Below are positions 44,846-54,325 of a DNA stretch of 64,000 nucleotides, piece after piece. Position numbers and translations under genes: made by a program. A model generated the notes under the pieces. That model was not told where the DNA came from and ran no database searches. It was given only the letters and a program-made list of their open reading frames with translations. Source of the DNA: an uncultured Flavobacteriaceae bacterium (GTDB lineage: Bacteria > Bacteroidota > Bacteroidia > Flavobacteriales > Flavobacteriaceae); the NCBI GenBank assembly GCA_963727565.1, contig CAVSGU010000007.1, positions 119,979 through 183,978 on the forward strand, read 5' to 3'. Numbering within the stretch: position 1 is the stretch's first letter; the number at the start of each line of letters is the position of its first letter.

Positions 44846-45724
44846 TTAAAAGCTAGCATCCAAATCGGCCAGTGAGAAGTTAATTTCGTAGTTTTTCACA
44901 ATTTCATAGTTTCTCCAAGTTATGTTGGGCCTATTCCTTTCTAGCGTAAACAAAAAATTTACTTTTTGAAATTGGGCACCATCATAAAAATATATCAGTG
45001 CCTTTTTAAATTTTCGACCTAAGGCATTTAACATTTTAATAGTCAACTCACTATTACCTATAATTTCATAAACGATGATGTAAAGTTTACTTTTACAATA
45101 CACAACATAAGTTTGTTCTTTTTTAAAGTAAGCAATCCTAAAGGAGGAATCCTGGTACCTCCATTTATAGTACATTAAAGGAGTGTAGGTTTTTAAAATT
45201 TCTTTCTGGCAACTTTTTTTATCAGCTAATTTTATCTCATCCGGTTTTACGTCTACAAATGATGAAAACCCATAAAACGGATTAATCAATCCTACTTTAA
45301 AGCAATTGATATGATTATATTTTTCCCAACCCATTTTTAGATAGCCCGGCAGACTATTTTCATTTGGGGTATTAAAAATAAGATCGTAATCGTAAGCTTT
45401 ACGACATTCTTCAAGCCCCGTTAGAGTTAACCTCTTAAATAAACCCTGACCACGATAGGCAGGGTCAACAACAGTATCTACAGGTCTTATTGCGTTTAAT
45501 AATTCTTCTCCTCCAATTTTCTGGAATTTCCAGAACATGAACATTCTTAGTCCCACAATTTTTTCCTCATCAAGTGCTAATAGGCCATAAGATTTTCCAA
45601 AAGGATTTTCCAGATGTTTCCATTTAAAAAGCTCAAGAGAAAAATCGGGATCTAAATTCTTTTTGATCAAATCTATAATTTGATCTAAATCTTTATTATA
45701 ATCAATCTCCCGAAAACTTAGCAT
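44846..45724 (-). CDS. GNAT-family acyltransferase, paralogue of 38098-39039
   Basis: WKHLENPFGKS, RPVDTVVDPAYRGQGLFKRL, FNTPNENSLPGYLKMGW. Confidence 0.85.
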   Translation of the reverse strand: MLSFREIDYNKDLDQIIDLIKKNLDPDFSLELFKWKHLENPFGKSYGLLALDEEKIVGLRMFMFWKFQKIGGEELLNAIRPVDTVVDPAYRGQGLFKRLTLTGLEECRKAYDYDLIFNTPNENSLPGYLKMGWEKYNHINCFKVGLINPFYGFSSFVDVKPDEIKLADKKSCQKEILKTYTPLMYYKWRYQDSSFRIAYFKKEQTYVVYCKSKLYIIVYEIIGNSELTIKMLNALGRKFKKALIYFYDGAQFQKVNFLFTLERNRPNITWRNYEIVKNYEINFSLADLDASF

Positions 45725-46830
45725 AGCCCTTTATATAAATCAAGCATTTTTTGATTATTTTTTTTCTCTGTGAAATTAAGCTGATAATTTTTTAGACTTT
45801 CTTTCCCGTAAGCTTCACGATCTTTAGGATTTTCAATAAAGAAAGTTAGAGCTTCTACCATTGAATCTAATTTATGAACATCAAAGAATTTTGCATTTTT
45901 ATTGTTTTGAACAACTTCGTGTAGAACAGGAATATTATTACATGCTATTGGTAAACCTGCAGCTTGAGCTTCTATAAGAGCACCTCCCAAACCTTCAAAA
46001 AGAGAAGGAAAAACAAAAACGTCCGATTTTAAAAGATAATCCGGAACATTTTCTTTAAAACCTTCAATACTTACCATCTCTGACAGGGAATTCTCGTTTA
46101 TATATTTTTTCATTTCAGGGGTCGTGGTACCGTCTCTGCCTAAAATTGTTAGTTTGAATGAGTATCCTTTATCTTTTAAAATTTTTACTGCCTGGAGTAA
46201 GTAAATTTGTCCTTTCTGAAACTCGTGTCTTCCCACATTGATAAAATTGACTATATCAGAAGACACAGTGGGCTTTTGTTCATATTCTTTTAGCAATGGT
46301 TTTCGACCCCGGGGGATAATGGATATTATCCCAGGATTTATTTTCACTTCTTTTATATAATGTTCTTTCACTGTTTCGGTTATACTATGGAAATGGTCAA
46401 CTCCCCAGGAAGCACTATTTTTATCCAATTTTTTATAGAACCATAGCGCCTTTTGATTTACTCTTTTATCATTGAAGCGTTCTTTTGAATATGTAGTATT
46501 TACTAAACTTTCCAGATGAACAAAATTTTGAAATAATTTCGCAAAACGAGTTCTGATATTCGCACGGAAAAGGATGCTATGAACCAGATCATAGTTCCCC
46601 TTTTTAATAAATTTTGCTAAATATTTTACCTGGGAAAGAAAATTATTTTTTTCAAAGAAATAAATATTATAGCCTTTAGCTTGCATTTGGCTTTGCACCC
46701 CTACAGTTTTTTGATCTAAGCAAAGAATATCAAATTCAATTTTCTTCTCGTATAAATAATCAGAAAGAACTGCTGTAGATCTTTCGGCTCCACCAGAGCC
46801 CAAACTATCAATAACTATTAAAATTTTCAA
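45718..46830 (-). CDS. GT4 glycosyltransferase
   Basis: SLGSGGAE, NVGRH, PSLFEGLGGALIEAQ. Confidence 0.9.
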   Translation of the reverse strand: MKILIVIDSLGSGGAERSTAVLSDYLYEKKIEFDILCLDQKTVGVQSQMQAKGYNIYFFEKNNFLSQVKYLAKFIKKGNYDLVHSILFRANIRTRFAKLFQNFVHLESLVNTTYSKERFNDKRVNQKALWFYKKLDKNSASWGVDHFHSITETVKEHYIKEVKINPGIISIIPRGRKPLLKEYEQKPTVSSDIVNFINVGRHEFQKGQIYLLQAVKILKDKGYSFKLTILGRDGTTTPEMKKYINENSLSEMVSIEGFKENVPDYLLKSDVFVFPSLFEGLGGALIEAQAAGLPIACNNIPVLHEVVQNNKNAKFFDVHKLDSMVEALTFFIENPKDREAYGKESLKNYQLNFTEKKNNQKMLDLYKGLC

Positions 46831-46835
46831 ACTAA

Positions 46836-47717
46836 TTATTTTAGAAATTTATTATATAAAAATGGGTGTAGCCCACTAACTTTTACTTTAAATTCATCTA
46901 TTTCGGTATCACTATCCACCCTTATTCGCGAAATTCGCATAGGATTTATATTCTCGCTATTCACTTTATGGTCAAATAAAAATGCCATTGAAATACCACT
47001 ATGCTTCAATATTTTTTCTGTCTCAGAATTAAAGTTTCCATTTGGATAGGCGAATATTCTATTATTGTTGAAGCCCCAGGATTCCAGCATCTCTATTGCT
47101 CGGGTTACTTCCAGCTTAACTTCGTTCTTACTACATTTATTTAAAATAGGATGTGTATGAGTATGATTGCAAATAACCATCCCGGAGGACTCAATATCTT
47201 TTAAATTTTTTACACTCAAATGGCGGGTAGGAACTTCAGGCATTTTTTCAAGTTCTTCTAATCTTAAGTTATTTGGTAATTCTTTTAATTCAGATATTTT
47301 TTTTCCGATTTGATGATTAGAAAAATCTGAATTTTCATAAAAGGCCTTTGCCCGCTCCCACCAAAAAGATTTATTAGTATCTATCAAATTGGTAATCACG
47401 AATAAGACAGAAGGAATATTATATTTTTTTAATAACGGCATCCCTGCTTCTAGCACTGAATAATCTCCATCATCAAAAGTAAGAAGTACTGCATTTTCTG
47501 GTAATTTCTTCCCCTTATATAAATGGCTTTCCAAATACGCCAGATCAATTATATTGTAATTCTCGCGTAAATATTGAAGTTGCATTTCAAAAACTTCGGA
47601 ATTAACCACAGTATGATAGGCAAGCACTCTTAACCGCTTTGCACTATTTATTATAAATGGTGCAGTAAAAACATTTAAACTTTTGTAGATTAGAGTTCGT
47701 CTATTAAGTGCCTTCAT
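46836..47717 (-). CDS. Polysaccharide deacetylase (PgaB/IcaB-like)
   Basis: VLAYH, LLTFDDG, NHTHTHP, FAYPNG, ISRI. Confidence 0.88.
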   Translation of the reverse strand: MKALNRRTLIYKSLNVFTAPFIINSAKRLRVLAYHTVVNSEVFEMQLQYLRENYNIIDLAYLESHLYKGKKLPENAVLLTFDDGDYSVLEAGMPLLKKYNIPSVLFVITNLIDTNKSFWWERAKAFYENSDFSNHQIGKKISELKELPNNLRLEELEKMPEVPTRHLSVKNLKDIESSGMVICNHTHTHPILNKCSKNEVKLEVTRAIEMLESWGFNNNRIFAYPNGNFNSETEKILKHSGISMAFLFDHKVNSENINPMRISRIRVDSDTEIDEFKVKVSGLHPFLYNKFLK

Positions 47718-47748
47718 TTTATTTTTTCATCTTTTAAAATAAGAGTTA

Positions 47749-48300
47749 TTAAACTTTATGTTTAATATAGCCATCGCTCCCCTTATCACTTACCACTTTC
47801 CCTGGGTTTCCCAAAACTACACTATTATCGGGAACATCAAAATTAACATAGGATAAAGGTGCAATCAAAACATTATTTCCAATTTTAATTTTTCCCACAA
47901 CTACAGCATTTGCCCCTATCCATACTTCATTTCCAATTATTGGTGAGCCTTTCCTTTTCCCCCTACTCACATTTCCTATTGTAACTGCTTGAGAAATATT
48001 ACAGTTTTTACCAATTGTTGCTCCTTGATTTACATGCATAAGCCCCCAATGATTAAGAAAAAAACCCTCTCCTAATTGAGCCCCCAACTGAATCTGCATT
48101 CCAAATTTTGCTCTAAGCAAACGATACCATATTCTCGAGATGATACCCTAACGGATGCTTAGTGGAATAAGCATTAGCCAATCTATGATTAACCAAAATT
48201 CTAAATTCTGGATGATTAAAAAATACCGATAAAAATCCTGATTTCGAAAAACTGATCTCTACCATAGCGAAGAAGATCACTTTTGATTAAATTGAAACAT
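47749..48300 (-). pseudogene. Serine-O-acetyltransferase-like (CysE/WcaB-type) LbH protein; several indels in the 5' part
   Basis: ATG 48300, then IKSDLLRY and HRLAN in shifted frames; intact part has IGKNCNISQAVTIG, PIIGNEVWIGANA and GNPGK. Confidence 0.75.
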
Positions 48301-48340
48301 TTTGTTTTAAGCATTTTTATCTTTTATTTTGCTATAATTT

Positions 48341-48348
48341 CAAAAGTA
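48341..48348 (-). promoter_or_regulatory. -7 box TACTTTTG upstream of the cysE-like gene
   Basis: Exact TAnnTTTG 40 nt before the ATG. Confidence 0.45.
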
Positions 48349-48603
48349 AGTTAACAAAATGTAATTAAGCAATCAAAATTACTTACGTGCCTAACGATTC
48401 AATAATTCATCCTATTAAACTACAAATTTTCAGAAGGCTTTTCAAACCTAAAATAGCCACTTAATTGGAAACCAAGATAAATTTTATCAAAAATATACAA
48501 TAGTGGTATGACTCAAACTAGAAATTAGTATAATAAAATGTGAAAATTACTTATTTCTGAATTTTAAACACGCAAGCCACCTGAGGCAAAAAACAAACTC
48601 AAA

Positions 48604-48623
48604 CATATTAGAATTCTAATATG
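48604..48623. other. Perfect 20-bp palindrome catattagaattctaatatg (operator or weak terminator)
   Basis: Self-complementary; followed on the minus strand by tttgagtttgtttttt; lies in a 580-bp intergenic gap. Confidence 0.45.
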
Positions 48624-48882
48624 CTATCATCTTACTTTAAGAGAAAATAACAGTGAAGGAAATTTTCACAATAGTTCGAATTGAATTCTCATAATGTTTT
48701 GCCATAAAATAATGCTAAATCACTTAAATCAGATCAATTTAGAATAAGGCTGTTATCAAAAATACTTTTAGAATCTTTCCAAAATAAGTTTTCAAAACTT
48801 TACTTCTAAACTTCATAATAAACCTATTTTCAAACCAAAACCTTCTCTAGCATTATTCGCATGAATTATTCGTTTTTTAGAA

Positions 48883-51112
48883 TTACTCTAAATCATCAAG
48901 AGTATCTGTGATATTTATAAAATCATAAGGATTTTCATAGGTAGAATAAAAAGTTGAATCCTTCTAGAATTTTAAAATCCTCATTAAAAACAGTATTAAA
49001 TACAGCACGAAAAGTATTCACAGAAGAAATATCCGGATACAAATTTTTATTATTACTGCTTGAATTATTTATATAAATAGCATTAAAAATTTCACTCCTT
49101 TCTTTAAGAAATTCCGGACTGGGGTTTTCCATATCATCCTCCAAAAAAGCAGGACCATGATCAGACTGAATAATTATCACACTATTTTCCGATTTATTTA
49201 AAAGCTTCTCTGTTAAGGTTTTTACTTTTTTATTTAAAAATTTCAACTGTCCTAAATAATATTTTTTTTCATCTTTATTCCAGCTATTATCCAGGTTAAC
49301 AGACTTTGGTATTTCTCGGCCGTTTTCATCGAAAACATAAGGTGGATGGGGAGAAACTATATGAGCAAAAACAAATTTGGGATCTTTTATACTATCTAAT
49401 TTTGTTAAATGTTCAAAAGCATATAATATAGTTTTTCGATATTCTTTACCTGCAAAATAACCTACTAATGGTGAAAGTAAAGTAGTGTGCAGAAAATTGG
49501 TGGTGAACTCCCCCATATAGCTTGAATGCTTAAAATTGTAATCGGCATGAATATTTTTTTTGGTACCACCAAAGACACTTCCAAAATGAGCAGTTTTATA
49601 GCCTTTAGCCTTCAAATACTTTATTGCCTTACCATCTAATGCCATTTTATATGGGATACTTCTATTGGCAGATCCCTTTCCTAAAGTATCACCCAAATGG
49701 TTAATATAATCCATATTGAAAGTTGCTCCCAAGGAGAGAAAGGTATTCATATAATTAGACCTACTATTGGGAGCTATATAAAAACCTTTTTCGGTTAAAT
49801 AATTTTCAAAACTACTATTGTCAAAATCAAATTCATCTTTTAATATATCGGAACTGGCATAGCCATCAAGGATTATATAATAAATATCGGGCAAATCTTC
49901 CATACTTGTATTACTCACTTTTGCTGCCTGAAGCTCTTGATTTTCAGCGGTCTTTCTATTATCTATACTAAAAATCAATATTCTAAGTAAGACAATAGAT
50001 AATAAAGTAAAAGACAGGATATTGATTCCGCGTGATACGGGTTTTAAATTCCTTTTGGTTTTTAGGGTAAAATAAATAACCAACGCAGGAACAACGATAA
50101 AAAGTATGCCTAAAATAACAATCACCATCCTATGTGCAAAACCTAAAGCGGTAAACAAATCCCTTAAGTGACCAAACAAAAAGAACAAGGCTAAAGCGGT
50201 AAATACAAATATTTGTGTTTTAAATTTGTCTTTAACCAATAGTTTAATGGCAATAGTAAATGAAAGAGTTAGTACTAAAATTATTATAAGAAGCGAATAT
50301 ATTGACGATTCTGAATTATAAAGTTCTTCAATATTTTCAAAATAAACTGAAAGAAGTGGGAACACCGAAAACATTAAAAGAAAAATAATAAAGCCATTTT
50401 CTTTTAAAATTGGTTTGAGGGTATTTAAAGAACCTGTAAAGTAATTTGACAGTCGCCTATCAATTTCAGTAGATTCTATCTTTAATAGCAACCAGTTTTT
50501 ACCAATAGCGAACACATTGTTCATAGTCCAGAACAATACCAAGGCTGCAGAAAGATTATACAATAATACCAGGAATATAAGGGCTATTATTACTAATTGC
50601 ACTTTTTCACTTTTGTCTTTTCCTTTAGTGTAGAAATAAGAAGCTATTAAATTGACAAAAGTCATTAAAAAGGGCAATACATTTATCGCCAATCCTCCCA
50701 GCAAAATTAAACCATCGGGTTCAGATAGGTCACGAATAGGCCCAAAGGAAACCCCTTCTACCGGGGCATAATCTAAAAGTAAATAATAAGCTGCGAGAAA
50801 AAATGGAATTTGAATCAATAAGCCTATCAATCCGGTTAAAGAGTAAAACGGACTATAATTATGCTTGCGGTAAATTTCTCTTGTATAAAAATATTTTTCC
50901 TGTTTATTTTGAACATTCTTAATAGCATCAAGAGCAGGTTGCATCCTGTCTTTTCTGGCTTTTTCCAGGGCTTGTATCTTATCTGCTATCCAGAATAAAG
51001 GCAGCATTAGTATTTGCGTAGTTAAGCTTAAAAGGATTATAGACCAGCCATAACTATTCGTAATCCCATAGAAAAACTCCAATATGCTTTCAAGAAAGTT
51101 TACTAAGAACAT
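48883..51112 (-). CDS. Fusion: YidC/Oxa1-like membrane domain + TM linker + alkaline-phosphatase/sulfatase-fold (LtaS/EptA-like) domain; +1 indel near 48960
   Basis: YidC-like motifs YGWSIILLS..LPL, MQP, IQIPFF, DLSEPD, VLP, LVLFWTMNN. Sulfatase-fold motifs DIYYIILDGY, NYMNTFLS, HIVSPHPPY, QSDHG. Corrected frame ends DSTFYSTYENPYDF...LE. Confidence 0.8.
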
Positions 51113-51114
51113 TG

Positions 51115-52308
51115 TTATATTTCTTTAAATATTGATAGAATCTGTTGCGCTGCCACTTTTCCCGCGTGCTGAAAATTAAAAATATGTTTATCTATAATTT
51201 CCGGGGTTATTTTTTCATTGGATACCTTTTCGACAATAATATGAATATTGGCAATTTCTTTTTCTGAAATGGTACGGCCAAAATCTTCCAGTAAATATTT
51301 TGTGGAAGGAGGATTCTCAATATCAGATGACTCATAACCACCATCATCCCATTCAAAATCTACCGCTATAATTGGTATTTTTTGTAAAAATGCTACATCA
51401 TAGATCATTCCCGAGGTTGTATCGGTGATTAGGGCTTTGGCTTTAGAAAGGGCATGAACATTATCTACCCGTTTATCTATTTCAAAAAGATCATTCTTCT
51501 CAAATTTTGAGGTAATGGAAGCCAAGAGTTCTTTTTCTGATATCCAGGACTGCGGATGGGGCCTGTATAAAACATGATGTCCGTTTTCTATTAAATTCCC
51601 AATTAGAACTTCAGCATTACGCGGAAAAAAAGATCTATCGCCCCAGGTAGGTGCAACTAAAACATGTTCTTTAAGTTCCCCGTTTTGCGATTCTTTAGTA
51701 TCAAAATACGTGCAACCTGTTTTCATCAATTCTTTACGCTTACTTTTCCTATCGCGTTCCAATTGTCTAAGGTTAGTAATATGATATTCATTACCGCAAA
51801 GTACAGAATCATAATAATCGAATGAAAATTTCTTATTTGCGTGAACATCCATAGGAGCGTGTGCCAGATAGCAATAGTGTTCTACATTTTTTGAACGCTT
51901 CCAACTTAAAATATCCAATTGGGGAGTGGTGGTCACACACATCTTAGCCTTTAATTTGTTCAACACAAAAAAAGATTGGGTGGTATTACCAAGGTAGTGG
52001 GCCGAACAATATTCAGATTCAAGTTCTAAGCCGGGATCTTCCTTATCTGCCGTTAAATAGACAAATTTTTGCTTTCTTTTTATCAATTCTTGTAGCACAG
52101 GTTTAAAAACATTCCAGTAATTTTTTCCTTCACTAAAAAAAACCAGTTCCCCTGAAAAATCATTTGTGCCCTTATATTCTTTCCCTGCAAAAAAATGCAT
52201 CACTTTGTAGTAGGAATTTCGTATAGTAAAAGTAAGCGTCATTATAAAGCCTATTAAAATACTAATTAACAAACTTCCGGTACCGGGGTCGATATAAAGA
52301 AAAAACAT
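51115..52308 (-). CDS. CDP-glycerol:glycerophosphotransferase (TagF/TagB)-like phosphotransferase
   Basis: LVAPTWG (cf. LYAPTWR), YRPHP, LITDTTSGMIYD (cf. LITDYSS); N-terminal membrane anchor after YIDPGTGS. Confidence 0.75.
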   Translation of the reverse strand: MFFLYIDPGTGSLLISILIGFIMTLTFTIRNSYYKVMHFFAGKEYKGTNDFSGELVFFSEGKNYWNVFKPVLQELIKRKQKFVYLTADKEDPGLELESEYCSAHYLGNTTQSFFVLNKLKAKMCVTTTPQLDILSWKRSKNVEHYCYLAHAPMDVHANKKFSFDYYDSVLCGNEYHITNLRQLERDRKSKRKELMKTGCTYFDTKESQNGELKEHVLVAPTWGDRSFFPRNAEVLIGNLIENGHHVLYRPHPQSWISEKELLASITSKFEKNDLFEIDKRVDNVHALSKAKALITDTTSGMIYDVAFLQKIPIIAVDFEWDDGGYESSDIENPPSTKYLLEDFGRTISEKEIANIHIIVEKVSNEKITPEIIDKHIFNFQHAGKVAAQQILSIFKEI

Positions 52309-52310
52309 AG

Positions 52311-53021
52311 TTATTTTTTTAGGGATAAAATTCCAATGTTTTTAAGAATTGGATGGATAATATAATATTCTAAACTACTGTCATTAACAGGAAAGGGTTT
52401 TATTTCTTTTTTATTGCTTATAGCATTTAAAGCATTTACCAAACAATTAGCTCTAATTATATTATCGTAATATTGATCAATATTTACCCCTTTGGTGGGA
52501 GCATTATAGTGGGTTTTGGTTATTATATTTCCGGCGTCAATTTTTTCATTCATAAAAAATGCGGTTACCGTACAGGAATTTCTATTCAATATACTGTAAT
52601 ACAGCGTTGTGCTTCCACGTTCCGCAGGAATATCGCCTGGATGCATATGTATATAAGGTATCTCTAAATCAAAATGGTCTTTTTTAAGAATCTGGCCTCC
52701 ATAACCGCAAAAGATGACTAAATCTGGCGCAATTTCTTTAACTTGATCTACTACCTTTTTAGAATTTACATCAAATTCTTCAAGGTGCTTATAATTCCAT
52801 TTGTTACTTTTAAAAACAGTCTCAATTTCCTTTTCTAAATTGGGAAGAAATAAATTATTATCGGCAAAAAACTGTTCCGTTTCGTGGTTCAATTCAGGTG
52901 CCTTATATTCTTTTTCATCAAATCCATAAAATAAACCTTCTACTTCATAAGAATTTGAAGCTAAAGCTTGCGCGTAAGCATTAGACCTTAGGGTGTTTCC
53001 TGCGAGAAGCAAAATCTTCAT
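52311..53021 (-). CDS. Formyltransferase-family protein (N10-formyl-THF-dependent fold)
   Basis: DLVIFCGYGGQIL, HMHPGDIPAERG and MNEKIDAG motifs; no C-terminal FMT_C domain. Confidence 0.75.
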   Translation of the reverse strand: MKILLLAGNTLRSNAYAQALASNSYEVEGLFYGFDEKEYKAPELNHETEQFFADNNLFLPNLEKEIETVFKSNKWNYKHLEEFDVNSKKVVDQVKEIAPDLVIFCGYGGQILKKDHFDLEIPYIHMHPGDIPAERGSTTLYYSILNRNSCTVTAFFMNEKIDAGNIITKTHYNAPTKGVNIDQYYDNIIRANCLVNALNAISNKKEIKPFPVNDSSLEYYIIHPILKNIGILSLKK

Positions 53022-53592
53022 AAATCAACGTTTTTATTTTCACACAACTCGGTAATAATTCTATTTTCTTCCTTTATCAAATTAATTGCGGCCCCATAAT
53101 GAAAAAGTTCTTTTTCATCCTTTAACTCAAATATTCTACTGCAAACAATATCAACCACTTTTAAGAGCGAATTTAAGTACTGTAGATGTTTATATTTATT
53201 GTAAAGTTTTACCAGTACGAATCCAAAGTTGATATAAAGATTTAAATTATCGCGTTTTATATCTCTATTTACCCGGCGATAATCTTTATCGTACACTTCA
53301 TAAATCCTTTTAGTGACTTCAAACCTCTTTATTAATAAATGCACCTTATCTACTTCAGAAAAAACGGAATCAGTAGCTAACCATTTTTTAAATTCAAGAT
53401 TTGTTGTGGAATTATCTGTTATCTCATAACATAAATTATCATTTGCTAAAAGAATAGCTATACAAGCTTGCCTTTTTTCTTTCCAGGAATTGAGAAATTC
53501 CAGTCCACCAAACTTTGAATAGGAATAGTTTATTTTATTGTTAAAAACGTCCTTATTAAAATAAGTATAGTTATTTTATTTTCTCCAATCAT
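53018..53592 (-). CDS. Hypothetical protein (about 190 aa) of the phosphoramidate cassette; probable 1-bp deletion near 53575
   Basis: Frame is open from 53575 to 53018 (77 codons upstream of the track's GTG). ATG 53592 overlaps the upstream gene end and joins the frame if one A is added. Contains YSYSKFGGLEFLNSW, IKRFEVTKRIY and YLNSLLKVVD. Confidence 0.65.
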
Positions 53593-54325
53593 GAGACCAA
53601 TTCTTATCTTCTTTCAACTTTGTTTCATAAACTTTTACATCCTCGTTGGAATCGACTTCGCACCATTTGCCCTCAATAAATGCAATTTTAACATCAGTCT
53701 TTTCCATAAGCAGGGATAAAAATGAAGTCATATCCATTTTATCCTGTTCATCTTTTTCTAAAGCGTTAAAGATTTGAAAAGCCAACTCCCAGCCTTTTGG
53801 AGAAAACTTCAGCAAACCCATAAATTGAGCTTCAATATGCTCCATTTTATTTTCGTCTTTTCCTATCTCGGTCAAAACATTTCCGTTCGCTTTAAAACTT
53901 TCAGCATCATCCAGTGGATCTTCAAAGCGCGCAGACCAGAGCTTGAACCATTCTTTGTCTGCGGTAATAACGATATCACCTTCCTGATCCTTCAATTTTT
54001 GAATATGTTCATCAGAATATACTATATCTGAGTAAGAAACAATGGTATCAATTTCAATTTTAGGGGCACAAAAAAATGTTGCAACCATATTTGTTTCAGA
54101 CCATCTCGGATTTTCTGCTGTTTTAAAATCCCCCTGTAATAGTTCTGACCTATAACCTCTAACTACCGTTATATCTTCTATACCGGCTCCCCTCAAAGCA
54201 GAAAGTTGCCAATCTAATAATCTCTTACCCTTTAGCATGGTTAAACATTTATGAGATCTCTCGGTTGTACTACCCATTCGAGATCCACGTCCGGCTGCCA
54301 GTATTAATCCTTTATAATTACTCAT
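53576..54325 (-). CDS. NTP transferase; CTP:phosphoglutamine cytidylyltransferase-like (Cj1416/LicC/PntC family)
   Basis: ILAAGRGSRM, TNMVATFFCA, SYSDIVY, LWSARFEDPLDDAE, IEAQFMGLLKFS, MTSFL, WCEVD, matching Cj1416 as I recall it. Confidence 0.8.
   Translation of the reverse strand: MSNYKGLILAAGRGSRMGSTTERSHKCLTMLKGKRLLDWQLSALRGAGIEDITVVRGYRSELLQGDFKTAENPRWSETNMVATFFCAPKIEIDTIVSYSDIVYSDEHIQKLKDQEGDIVITADKEWFKLWSARFEDPLDDAESFKANGNVLTEIGKDENKMEHIEAQFMGLLKFSPKGWELAFQIFNALEKDEQDKMDMTSFLSLLMEKTDVKIAFIEGKWCEVDSNEDVKVYETKLKEDKNWSHDWRK

Noticed and set aside
48883-51112. Housekeeping yidC insertase
   Set aside because: It lacks the large periplasmic P1 domain and the conserved Arg, is fused to a sulfatase-fold domain, and sits in a glycan locus.
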